Shown in pieces: positions 17,568-26,850 of a stretch of 64,000 bases of DNA. Source of the DNA: an uncultured Eubacteriales bacterium. GTDB lineage: Bacteria; Acidobacteriota; Aminicenantia; Aminicenantales; Aminicenantaceae. The notes under the pieces were generated by a model, which had not been told where the DNA came from, did not search any database, and saw only the letters and a program-made list of their open reading frames with translations. Positions within the stretch are counted from its first letter, which is position 1. Each line of letters begins with the position of its first letter. The position numbers were made by a program, and so were the translations under genes. The stretch covers positions 64,447 through 128,446 of the forward strand of contig CAYOSH010000003.1 in the NCBI GenBank assembly GCA_964406575.1, given 5' to 3'.

Positions 17568-18041
17568 TTACTCTAAATGATCCAAAATTTCATCGATTGT
17601 TTTTTTACTCAGTTTTCCGTAGTAGTCAAAATTGACCATCATACAAGGCGCATGCTCACAAGCACCCAGGCACTCAACTGTTGTGAGCGTGAATTTTTTA
17701 TCTGAGGTTGTCTCACCCAGATCGATTCCCAGCTTATCCTTCAAGTAGTCGATCAGAGATTGTGCTCCCAAGAGAGAGCAACTCAGGTTGGAACACACCT
17801 GGATGTGATACTTTCCAACTGGCTGACGGTTGTACATGGTGTAGAATGTGACGACTTCTCTCACTTGGATGGGTTTTAGCTCCAACAGGCCGGCGAGCTG
17901 AATTTCCTCCGCAGCAGAAATATGACCAATCTCTTGCTGGACAAGATGCAGAACTGGAAGGAGAGCCGCTTTTTTTTGAGGATAGCGAGCGATAACTTCT
18001 GCTATTTTCTGTTTTGTCTGATCTGAAAATTCAGGACTCAT
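17568..18041 (-). CDS. nuoE: NADH-quinone oxidoreductase subunit E
   Basis: Start moved to MSPEFSDQTKQ (ATGA overlap with the nuoD stop). Thioredoxin-like 2Fe-2S motifs CSNLSC and VECLGACEHAPC. Confidence 0.88.
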   Translation of the reverse strand: MSPEFSDQTKQKIAEVIARYPQKKAALLPVLHLVQQEIGHISAAEEIQLAGLLELKPIQVREVVTFYTMYNRQPVGKYHIQVCSNLSCSLLGAQSLIDYLKDKLGIDLGETTSDKKFTLTTVECLGACEHAPCMMVNFDYYGKLSKKTIDEILDHLE

Positions 18042-19363
18042 CTGTCCAATTCTCCTCCAATCATGTTCAGACCGCCAAATGTCGGTATAATATCCGCAAT
18101 ATAATGACCCCGGATCATCTCCTCTAGAGCAGCAACGATATGGAAACAAGGCCCTCTGAGGTGGAGACGGTAGGGCTTATCGGTCCCGTCAGAGACAATA
18201 TAATAGCCCACTTCGCCGCTTCCCCCTTCTACGGAGAAATAAACATCTCCTTTAGGAGGGCGGATCCCATGCCCTTTCATGAAAAACTTGAAGTGATTGA
18301 TCAGACCTTCAATGCTTGTATAGGTATCTTCTTTCGGAGGGACGATGTATTTTTTCCCTTTGGTCAGGATCCGAGGGTAAATATCTTTTTCAGATCCTTC
18401 GAGATTGGGTGAGAGTTTGATCTTGGCCTCTACCTTTTTCTCTCTTGATGCTTTGATGGCTTCAGCTGGCTCAAAGACATCAGCAATAACTGCGGGAGGG
18501 GATACGGGTACTTTTTTCCGCGCCTGTTCAATGATCCTGAGGCTCTGTTCCATCTCCTTCATGCGGACCATATACCTGTCAAAGTTATCGCCATTATCTC
18601 CAAGAGGAATTTCAAAACGCACTTGATCGTATGTGCAATACGGATGTGCTTTTCGCACATCATAAGAGACTCCGCTCGCCCTCAGACAAGGGCCGGTGAA
18701 TCCATAGTTGACGGCCATCTCCGGGCTCACCACAGCGACATCCCGTGTTCTGTTCAACCATATTTTATTCTTATCCAGCAGGCCGTGGCAGTCTTTGAGC
18801 AAGGCCCGGGCGGAATTTATGGCTTTGCCCAACAAAGGATTGATCTCAGGGTGCAAATCCGCACGAACGCCTCCGATACGGATGTAGGATGTCGTCATCC
18901 GGGCTCCGGTGGTCTGTTCGATGACATTCCAGATTTCTTCTCGCGCTTGAATATAATAGAGAAAAGCGGTGAACGCTCCACATTCCATGGTCATGGCGGC
19001 AAGCGCCGTGAGGTGGTCCGAGATTCTGGAAAGCTCACTCATGATCACACGGATGAACTGAGCCCGCTCTGGGGCCTGGATGCCAAGCATCTTCTCCATG
19101 GTCATCACATAGCCCAGGTTATTGATCAAAGGAGATACATAATTCAACCTATCTGTGTAGGGGAGTAAATTGAAATATGTTTTGTGCTCGCACGTTTTCT
19201 CAAAACCTCTGTGAAGATACCCCACTTCCAACTCAGCGTTCAGGACTTTTTCGCCGTCGAGTTCGAGCATGATCCGTATCGTTCCGTGCATGGCGGGGTG
19301 CGAAGGTCCCATATTGATGAGCATACTCTCTTTGCTTGCTTCTTTCTGAATTCGGTATGTCAT
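18038..19363 (-). CDS. nuoD: NADH-quinone oxidoreductase subunit D (441 aa, with an extra Lys-rich segment)
   Basis: NMGPSHPAMHGT, LHRGFEK, and a C-terminal IPTFGGLNMIGGELDR. Confidence 0.9.
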   Translation of the reverse strand: MTYRIQKEASKESMLINMGPSHPAMHGTIRIMLELDGEKVLNAELEVGYLHRGFEKTCEHKTYFNLLPYTDRLNYVSPLINNLGYVMTMEKMLGIQAPERAQFIRVIMSELSRISDHLTALAAMTMECGAFTAFLYYIQAREEIWNVIEQTTGARMTTSYIRIGGVRADLHPEINPLLGKAINSARALLKDCHGLLDKNKIWLNRTRDVAVVSPEMAVNYGFTGPCLRASGVSYDVRKAHPYCTYDQVRFEIPLGDNGDNFDRYMVRMKEMEQSLRIIEQARKKVPVSPPAVIADVFEPAEAIKASREKKVEAKIKLSPNLEGSEKDIYPRILTKGKKYIVPPKEDTYTSIEGLINHFKFFMKGHGIRPPKGDVYFSVEGGSGEVGYYIVSDGTDKPYRLHLRGPCFHIVAALEEMIRGHYIADIIPTFGGLNMIGGELDR

Positions 19364-19845
19364 TCTTTTCTTCTCATCGGGATAATGGGCTGCCGTTTGC
19401 GCAGAGGATAATCCTTGCGCAGGGGATGTCCCTCGAAACCGTCGTACATGAAAAGCCGGACCAAATAGGGATGCCCTTCAAAGTGGACACCGAACATATC
19501 GTAGACCTCTCTCTCCAGCCAGTTGGCATTTTTCCAGAGGGGCGTTAACGAATCGATCCGGAGGTCCTTTTCTGACAGTCGAATCTTGATCCGCAATCTG
19601 TCGTTACTGGCCAAGGAGAAAAGATGGTAGACCATCTCAAAGCGCATTTCATCCCTGATATAATCCACACAGGTCAGATCCAGAAGCATAGTGAAGGAAT
19701 GGGGCGTTTTCATCAAATAGACACACAAATCCTGCAGGAATTCTCTTTCAATAATGACAGTCTCATCCCCCAACAGGGCAGAAATCTCTTTAATCTCCTC
19801 GGGAAATTTTTCTTTGAGAATTTCGGTTATTTTCTTCTTTTCCAT
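19360..19845 (-). CDS. nuoC: NADH-quinone oxidoreductase subunit C
   Basis: 161 aa. ERE(V)[12 protein letters not shown] motif. Lies between nuoB and nuoD. Confidence 0.88.
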   Translation of the reverse strand: MEKKKITEILKEKFPEEIKEISALLGDETVIIEREFLQDLCVYLMKTPHSFTMLLDLTCVDYIRDEMRFEMVYHLFSLASNDRLRIKIRLSEKDLRIDSLTPLWKNANWLEREVYDMFGVHFEGHPYLVRLFMYDGFEGHPLRKDYPLRKRQPIIPMRRKE

Positions 19846-20300
19846 CGGAATTCTTGCTCTTGATTCTGGATCTTTTCCTGGAGTTTAACGATCGCATCCA
19901 AGAACGTCTCAGGGCGAGGAGGACAGCCCGGGACATAGACATCCACGGGGATAATGTTGTCGATGCCCTGGACGACGGCATAGTTGTCATAGATGCCCCC
20001 GCTCAGGGTGCACGCCCCAACTGCAAGCACCCACTTCGGCTCACACATCTGGTCATATATGGTTTTCAACACCGGAGCTTCTTTCTGCGAGATCGTTCCA
20101 ACAACCATGATCAGGTCCGCTTGCCGGGGGGAGAACGTCGTCAATCCGCAGCCGAAGCGGTCAAAATCCCAGTGGGCACATGCTGTAGACATGTACTCCA
20201 TACCACAACAGGCTGTGATGAAGGGATAGTGAAACAGCGAGAACTTGCGCCCCCAACCAATCACATAATTGAGTTTTGTGGTGATCCAGCCGCCGCTCAT
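19827..20300 (-). CDS. nuoB: NADH-quinone oxidoreductase subunit B
   Basis: N2-cluster motifs [15 protein letters not shown] and PGCPPRPE. Confidence 0.92.
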   Translation of the reverse strand: MSGGWITTKLNYVIGWGRKFSLFHYPFITACCGMEYMSTACAHWDFDRFGCGLTTFSPRQADLIMVVGTISQKEAPVLKTIYDQMCEPKWVLAVGACTLSGGIYDNYAVVQGIDNIIPVDVYVPGCPPRPETFLDAIVKLQEKIQNQEQEFRWKRRK

Positions 20301-20348
20301 TTTACTCTTTCTCTAAAACCCGCATAAAAATTTTCGTAGATGTGAACT

Positions 20349-20696
20349 TTATTTTTCCCAGTGAAAGGCTCCTTTTTTCCATGCATAGATAAATCCAATA
20401 AGAAGAATAAAGATGTACACGAACATCAAGATGACACCAGTCGTACCGACCTCCTTGAACACGAGGGCCCAAGGGAAAAAGAACACGACCTCTATATCAA
20501 ACAAGAGGAAAAGGAATGCCGTAAGATAATATTTGATGGGGAAAGGATTGATCCCCTCTTGGAGAAATGGGCTTCCACATTCATAGGGCTTTTCCTTTGT
20601 GGGATTGCTCCTTTTGACACCCAAGATCTTATTGACGACGACCATAAGGGCACCTACAAAACCAAACACGAGAAAAACCAAGAAAAGTTCGATCAT
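20349..20696 (-). CDS. nuoA: NADH-quinone oxidoreductase subunit A
   Basis: 115 aa with 3 TM. YECG..P and the FDIEVVFFFPWA motif. Confidence 0.88.
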   Translation of the reverse strand: MIELFLVFLVFGFVGALMVVVNKILGVKRSNPTKEKPYECGSPFLQEGINPFPIKYYLTAFLFLLFDIEVVFFFPWALVFKEVGTTGVILMFVYIFILLIGFIYAWKKGAFHWEK

Positions 20697-20938
20697 TGTC
20701 TTTTTATAAAGGCATAGATTTTATAAAAATAAAATGAACAATGCAATCATTTTGATATTTTTTTTACAAAAAAATTGTGGACTGCCATACAGGCGTCTTG
20801 ATAGACGCTGACAGAGCCATTTTGGACCGGAGAGATTCGACCGCTATAGAAAAAAGGCTGGAGAATTTGTTAAAATGGATGAGATCTATTCAAAGGTTGG
20901 AGTATGTTGAGTGAGAAGGATTGACCTCATCAATCGGA

Positions 20939-22558
20939 ATGAAAGATAAAGTTACGGCATTCCTTTGGCTTATCGGGCTGCTTCTCTGCGGAACTCTTTC
21001 CTCCCAGAAGTGTTCGCCGTCGAAGCAAGCTTATCCTGAGAATGTCATTCTTGTCACTCTCGATACACAGAGGCCAGATTTCATTGGCGCCTATAATCCA
21101 ACAAAGGCCTCAACACCCAATATAGACAGTCTAGCTGCAAACGGGATTTTGTTCGATAACTGTTACAGCCCTATTCCTATCACCCTCCCTGCTCATGCCT
21201 CGCTCTTTTATTCCCTCCCTCCGCATGAACTCGCACTCTACAACAACGGGCAAGTATTTAAAAACGAAAGAGATCTTGTGTCCCTTGCACAAGTATTCAA
21301 AAAAAAGGGCTTCCAAACCGCAGGATTCGTTTCTCTGGGAGTGCTCAAATCCAAATTTCGTCTGGCTGAGGGATTCGATGATTACGAGGACAAACACCCT
21401 GAAAATCGTTGGTACCTCCATGCGGAAGAGGTGAACGCAAGAGTATTTCCATGGCTGGACAAGAACAAGGAAAATCGCTTTTTCATCTGGATTCACTATT
21501 CTGATCCACATGATCCCTATGCGATCCCAAGCTTGCCTCCCGATCTTCGAATCCGTTTCAATGGCAAACCCATCTGGGATATCTGTGTCCAACGAGAAGA
21601 ACGCCTGTCCCTGCGGTTTATGCTGCACGCGGGGAAGAACACGATCGAATGCGTCACCTTGAATCCCTATCCCGATTCCCAGGACGAATTTCGCATAAGT
21701 TTAAACGAAGTTTATTATGCGCCATCAGAAGACATCAAGATCATTTATGAAGGGATGAATGTGGTCAAAAAAGACGAGCAGACCAGCCTCCTGATCAAAG
21801 AAAGAGGCAGGATCTTGATCGACAACCCCGGAAACACCCAAGAACTCCGAATGGAAGCCACCGGGAAAATATACCTGTTGGCGCAGGAAAAAGTACACGC
21901 TTATAAAGAGGAAGTGGAGTATTTGGACCGCCAGATCGGGCTGTTACTCAAGAAACTCGATCAGAGCGAGCTATTGGACAAAAGCTTGATCGTTTTGGTG
22001 GGGGACCATGGCGAGGGATTGGGTGATCATAGGACTCTTCTCGGAGAACCACACTTTGGACACATCCACTATCTGTATACAGAATATCTGAAGATCCCCC
22101 TTATCTTCTATAATCCCTATTGGGAAGAAAAAGGATCAAGAAATAGTGAGCAGACGACGATCCTCGATATTGCCCCTACGATTCTGGCCATCATGGGTTG
22201 GAAAAAAATGCCCTTTCACAAGGGATTTAACCTTCTCAAAACAGGCGAAGAGAGAACTCCGATCATATTTGGTGAAACTTACAGGCCAGAATCCACAAGA
22301 GATAGGTTTTCAGGGCTCCAATACCCATGGCATCTCATTTTCACACCTAGCCGGGATAGATTCGAGCTTTACAATATCAGGGATGATCCGGCTGAACAAA
22401 CAAATGTTTTTGTTCAAGAAAGAGAAAACCCAGATGTTGTCAAATTCCGGAAAATCGTTAAAAAGTACGCGCTCGAAATACTGAGTACAAAAAAGGATAT
22501 CGAACTAGATCCCAAAAGCCTGGAGATGTTAAGGTCCCTCGGCTACATCAAAAAATAA
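20939..22558 (+). CDS. Sulfatase-fold (alkaline-phosphatase superfamily) lipoprotein, Thr-nucleophile variant, paralog 1
   Basis: Start moved to the ATG giving MKDKVTAFLWLIGLLLCG (lipobox). LVTLDTQRPD metal site. PITLPAHASLF occupies the position of the C/S-x-P-x-R motif, with Thr codon at 21182-21184. GDHGE is present. C-terminal LRSLGYIKK. Confidence 0.8.
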   Translation: MKDKVTAFLWLIGLLLCGTLSSQKCSPSKQAYPENVILVTLDTQRPDFIGAYNPTKASTPNIDSLAANGILFDNCYSPIPITLPAHASLFYSLPPHELALYNNGQVFKNERDLVSLAQVFKKKGFQTAGFVSLGVLKSKFRLAEGFDDYEDKHPENRWYLHAEEVNARVFPWLDKNKENRFFIWIHYSDPHDPYAIPSLPPDLRIRFNGKPIWDICVQREERLSLRFMLHAGKNTIECVTLNPYPDSQDEFRISLNEVYYAPSEDIKIIYEGMNVVKKDEQTSLLIKERGRILIDNPGNTQELRMEATGKIYLLAQEKVHAYKEEVEYLDRQIGLLLKKLDQSELLDKSLIVLVGDHGEGLGDHRTLLGEPHFGHIHYLYTEYLKIPLIFYNPYWEEKGSRNSEQTTILDIAPTILAIMGWKKMPFHKGFNLLKTGEERTPIIFGETYRPESTRDRFSGLQYPWHLIFTPSRDRFELYNIRDDPAEQTNVFVQERENPDVVKFRKIVKKYALEILSTKKDIELDPKSLEMLRSLGYIKK

Positions 22559-22596
22559 ATTTTTCTTGCCACACAGGCCGGGAGGGTGTCTATAGT

Positions 22597-22668
22597 GTAA
22601 GCGCAACCTTATCTGAGCTGGCACATCACAGACCGTATCCCTAACGCCTCCGGATTAGAGATGCTTTC
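22597..22668. repeat. Possible 72-bp mini-copy of the repeat superfamily
   Basis: GTAAGCGCAACCTTATCT... at the left end and ...CCGGATTAGAGATGCTTTC at the right end resemble the family termini. The flanking 9-mers do not match. Confidence 0.35.
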
Positions 22669-22724
22669 GACCTAAAGAGAGCTCTTTGACTTATCCAGAA
22701 TTGCCAGTATAATTGGAAGTTGAA

Positions 22725-24752
22725 ATGAAGCCCGATAGACAAGAAAAAAAAATTTTTGGACAGGATTTGGACCGGGACTGTTGCCATTTACTTTTGCTGA
22801 TCCTACTTCTGCTTGTGTCCCTAAAGTTCCAGTCTTGCACGAGAGGCCCAAAAACCGAGGGCAACCTGTTCCGGATCATAGACCATTTCGAAGCTCTAGA
22901 CTTTCACGAAACTGCTATCGATGCATCCGTACTCATGCGGGGACCCAAAGATGAGCAAACACCCCTTCCCTCCCCTATTGATCCTGAATTAGCAAAATTC
23001 ATCACGGAAAACCTGAACTGGGACAACACTAACGGAAGTCCCGTCCACCCAAACAAACTCAAAATTAAAAAACGCCCCGCAAAAGGCTCAGCAAGAGGCC
23101 TCCGCTCCAAAAATGTCATTCTCGCCCCTCCTCCGACTTCCTTTTCTATCACCAAGAAAATATCCAAAAATTCGGCGCTCGAGTTTGGCTACGGAATTGT
23201 GAATGAACAGTGGGAGAACGTTAAAGGTGAAGTCTCTTTCACAATAGATATTGCAGATATCAAAACACAGACCAAACAACGTTTGTTCCACACAACACTG
23301 AATCCAGAGCTAAGAGACATGGACAAACAATGGTTTGCCGAAGAGATTGATTTGGGAGAATATGCCAAACAAAATATGACCATCACCTTCAGCACCTCTT
23401 TCAAAAATGCCGACACAAACAATTGCTATTCGGCTTGGGTGAATCCGTTATTCCGGGAAAAACAGAATAAAAAGCTAAAAATTAATGTGATACTGATATC
23501 TATGGATACACTCAGAGCCGATCACCTTGGATGTTATGGCTACACGAGGAACACGAGCCCCAATCTGGATGCGATAGCCAGGGAAAGCGTCCTTTTTAAA
23601 CAAGTTATTTCCCAGGCCCCCTACACAGTCTCATCCCACATGTCGATGCTCACATCCCTCTATCCATCCTTCCACAAAGTCAATCTGATCCAAGAAAGCA
23701 CCATGAATCCAAAAATCAACACCCTTGCCGAACTCCTCTACAACAACGGGTACCGGACATGGGCCATTGTGGGTGGCGGCCAGGTCAGCTCGGATTATGG
23801 ATTCTCTGAGGGCTTCGAAACATACATCGAATTCACCTCTCCCCACCGGGATGTTTGGAGAAAAATCCAAGAAACTATCGGCTTTATCGAAAAAGAAAAG
23901 GCCAACAATTTTTTTGTTTTTATTCATTCCTATAAACCCCATGCACCTTACAATCCTATCCCTCCGTTCGACACCATGTTCGACCCGGAATATGATGGTC
24001 CCGTATCTGGGAGCATCGAGCAGATCGAGGCCATCAACTCAGGTGAGATCGAAGTGACCCCGGATGACATCGCCCACCTTATGGCTCTGTATGACGGGGA
24101 TATTCGAGAAATGGATGACCAAATCGTGGAGCTGTATGACTACTTAAAAAAAGAAGGTTTGGATCGAAGGACTCTGGTCGTTTTCACCTCTGACCACGGA
24201 GAAGAATTCGGAGAGCACGGAAAGGTCGGGGTGCACAGCCATACAGTGTACGACGAACTCCTCCGCGTCCCTTTAATCCTCCGGCTTCCGGATAAATTGC
24301 CCCCAGGAACGACCTGGGAAGACCAAGTCCGATCGATAGACATCCTCCCTACCATATTCGACTTGATCGGGATTGATTTGAAAGAGACCCCTATCCAAGG
24401 AGAATCCCTTCTTCCTCTCATAAAGAAAAGACAAGAGGGGACGAATAGACATGCCTTTAGCGAGAGATTAGCAGCTGACGGCAATCACTACAGATCTCTG
24501 CGCACTCCTCAATTCAAGTACATTATGCAAGACAATAAAAAGAAGGGTATCGTGGACCATTTCTATTATGATCTCACAGATGATCCCCGGGAACAGAACT
24601 CGCTCAAACTTTCCCCGGACAAACTTCGAGAGATGTTCAATCAAATTCTTTTCCTAGTCGAAGAGGGAAAAAAAGTGGACACATTTCAACGGGGGAAGAA
24701 AATCGACGAAGACACGCTGGAAACCCTTAAAGCACTGGGATATATTAAATGA
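22725..24752 (+). CDS. Sulfatase-fold protein with ~250-aa N-terminal extension, Thr-nucleophile variant, paralog 2
   Basis: Signal/lipobox-like LLLLVSLKFQSC. SMDTLRADHLGCYGY. PYTVSSHMSMLTSLYP at the nucleophile position. SDHGEEFGEHG. C-terminal LKALGYIK. Confidence 0.8.
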   Translation: MKPDRQEKKIFGQDLDRDCCHLLLLILLLLVSLKFQSCTRGPKTEGNLFRIIDHFEALDFHETAIDASVLMRGPKDEQTPLPSPIDPELAKFITENLNWDNTNGSPVHPNKLKIKKRPAKGSARGLRSKNVILAPPPTSFSITKKISKNSALEFGYGIVNEQWENVKGEVSFTIDIADIKTQTKQRLFHTTLNPELRDMDKQWFAEEIDLGEYAKQNMTITFSTSFKNADTNNCYSAWVNPLFREKQNKKLKINVILISMDTLRADHLGCYGYTRNTSPNLDAIARESVLFKQVISQAPYTVSSHMSMLTSLYPSFHKVNLIQESTMNPKINTLAELLYNNGYRTWAIVGGGQVSSDYGFSEGFETYIEFTSPHRDVWRKIQETIGFIEKEKANNFFVFIHSYKPHAPYNPIPPFDTMFDPEYDGPVSGSIEQIEAINSGEIEVTPDDIAHLMALYDGDIREMDDQIVELYDYLKKEGLDRRTLVVFTSDHGEEFGEHGKVGVHSHTVYDELLRVPLILRLPDKLPPGTTWEDQVRSIDILPTIFDLIGIDLKETPIQGESLLPLIKKRQEGTNRHAFSERLAADGNHYRSLRTPQFKYIMQDNKKKGIVDHFYYDLTDDPREQNSLKLSPDKLREMFNQILFLVEEGKKVDTFQRGKKIDEDTLETLKALGYIK

Positions 24753-26365
24753 GACGAGATGGTGCATTCATATTCACTGTCATTGTTTTGATTTTTTTTA
24801 TGCTGGTCTTGAGCGCTTGTGCACCTTCCGAGAGTCCAAATGTTATCCTTATCACACTCGATACTTATCGTGCCGACTATATGAGCGCTTACAGCGCGGA
24901 GCTCGTGTCAACACCGAACCTCGATTTTCTGGCTAAAGAAGGAATTCTCTTCATCAACTGTTTCAGTCCGATCCCCATCACATTTCCCGCCCATTCCGCT
25001 CTTTTCTATTCTCAACCACCACACGAACTCAAAATATACAATAATGGAGACACTCTGAGCACTGTTGATCTCAAGTCATTGGCAGAGATCTTCAAGGACA
25101 ACGGCTACGCTACAGGTGCCTTTGTTTCACTGGGAGTGTTATTGGAACGATATGGATTGAGCAAAGGATTCAAAACGTACAGTGACCAATTTCCCAAAAC
25201 GCGCTGGTATCTGACAGCAGGGGAGGTCAATTCCCGGGTATTCCCCTGGCTGGGGAAACAGGGAGAAGGGCATTTCTTTGCATGGATCCATTATTCTGAC
25301 CCGCATGATCCTTACGCACCACCGGATCTCGCCAACGATCTGAAGCTCAGCCTGAATGGCAGCCCTTTCAAAGAGCTTTGTTTGCAAAAAAACCAAGTGG
25401 AAGACATCGCCCTCTCCTTGCATAAAGGAGAAAATATCCTCCGTTTGGAAGTGGCAAACGAATTTGTTCAAAAAGAGGATGCTTTCCTGGCCAGATTAGT
25501 CCAACTTGAGTTGGTTCCCTCTTCACACGTGGAGGAGACGACTCTCCATTTCGGTCGAGGATGGCACAACACCAATAAGGGAAAGCGGATGATGCATTTC
25601 AGGAACAACGCCATTCTGAAGATCCAGAGCCCTAAAGATCAAGAGGGAGTGATCCTGAGGCTTAGGGGCAAGCTGGACATGAGAACAGAAGGAAACAGAG
25701 CATTGTACAGACGGGAGGTGGAATATCTTGACCGTGAGATCGGATCTCTGTTCGATGAGCTCAAAAGACTCGATCTTTTTGACAAAACGATCATCGTCGC
25801 CGTAGGCGATCACGGGGAAGGGTTGGGCGAATATCTCTCATCAAATGGAGCCCCCCATTTCGGTCATATCCACTATCTATATTCGGTCTATCTCAAGGTG
25901 CCGTTGGCCATCTGGAATCCTTCTTCGAAGCGCAAAAACCAGGTCATCTCACGTCCAGCCACCTTGATGGATATCTCTCCGACTGTGCTCGCCCTCATGG
26001 ATTGGAGTATTCCCTCCCAGATGAGGGGGAGAAACTTGCTGGGTGGAAAAAATGGAGACAACACGCCCAGAGAATTATTCTTCGAGACCTATGCACCTGA
26101 AGCCGACTTCAATAGATTTGCCATCCTTGCCTTTCCGCATCATTTGATCTACACGCTGGAGACAAATGTCTATGAACTCTACGATATGTCCAGCGACCCC
26201 AAGGAAAAGACAGATCTCTTTTCCATTCAGGAGCAAAATCCCAAAATTAGGGATCTCAAGCAGAGACTGGACATCTATACGCGAACAGCCCTCGCCAACA
26301 GATCCGTCCAAAAAAAAGACGAGAAGACTCTCGAGATATTGAAAGCTCTAGGGTACATCAAGTGA
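24749..26365 (+). CDS. Sulfatase-fold lipoprotein, Thr-nucleophile variant, paralog 3
   Basis: ATGA overlap with paralog 2. Lipobox LVLSAC. ITLDTYRADY, PITFPAHSALF, GDHGE. C-terminal LKALGYIK. Collinear with paralog 1, including a ~120-aa insert. Confidence 0.8.
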   Translation: MRRDGAFIFTVIVLIFFMLVLSACAPSESPNVILITLDTYRADYMSAYSAELVSTPNLDFLAKEGILFINCFSPIPITFPAHSALFYSQPPHELKIYNNGDTLSTVDLKSLAEIFKDNGYATGAFVSLGVLLERYGLSKGFKTYSDQFPKTRWYLTAGEVNSRVFPWLGKQGEGHFFAWIHYSDPHDPYAPPDLANDLKLSLNGSPFKELCLQKNQVEDIALSLHKGENILRLEVANEFVQKEDAFLARLVQLELVPSSHVEETTLHFGRGWHNTNKGKRMMHFRNNAILKIQSPKDQEGVILRLRGKLDMRTEGNRALYRREVEYLDREIGSLFDELKRLDLFDKTIIVAVGDHGEGLGEYLSSNGAPHFGHIHYLYSVYLKVPLAIWNPSSKRKNQVISRPATLMDISPTVLALMDWSIPSQMRGRNLLGGKNGDNTPRELFFETYAPEADFNRFAILAFPHHLIYTLETNVYELYDMSSDPKEKTDLFSIQEQNPKIRDLKQRLDIYTRTALANRSVQKKDEKTLEILKALGYIK

Positions 26366-26401
26366 AAAATTCATCTTTCATATGGATGATTCACAGAGCA
26401 G

Positions 26402-26836
26402 TTATTTTTTAGAGAGGGAATGATAGATTTTTGATGGAATCCGGAAGAGCAGCCTGTTGAGAAGCCTGAAGACGAATGGGCGTTGTTTTAAGGCGGGAAT
26501 CTCCAATTCATGCTCGGCAAGATACCTTTGCACGATAGGACATCCCAGGCATTCCAAGCAGTAAGAGCTGAGTTTTCCCCGGCTCAAATAACGCCGAATT
26601 TCCTGGACCTCCGGCGAATTCCAAGCTTTCGCATATTCAGGAAAAGAATAACCCACGGGATTTCCATAACAACAGGGAAGGATCCCCCGTCTCAAAATAT
26701 AGAGATTTTCCCAAGGCTCCCGGCAGAGGGGCATGCCGGATTCACTGATATCACTATCGAATTCTTCACCATTTACACTTTGGCTCTGTTCCATTCGATC
26801 TGTATCCTCAAATAGGCTTTTTTTTTCTTTGACCAT
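26402..26836 (-). CDS. SPASM/twitch-like Cys-rich domain protein (144 aa). Likely the detached C-terminal domain of the upstream radical-SAM gene.
   Basis: LCREPWENLYILRRGILPCCYG and YCLECLGCP fit the SPASM pattern (CxxPW...G.v.PCC ... CxxCxxC). The start is 14 nt after the radical-SAM stop, in the -1 frame. An A9 run follows codon 3. Confidence 0.6.
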   Translation of the reverse strand: MVKEKKSLFEDTDRMEQSQSVNGEEFDSDISESGMPLCREPWENLYILRRGILPCCYGNPVGYSFPEYAKAWNSPEVQEIRRYLSRGKLSSYCLECLGCPIVQRYLAEHELEIPALKQRPFVFRLLNRLLFRIPSKIYHSLSKK

Positions 26837-26850
26837 CGATTCGATCTTTT

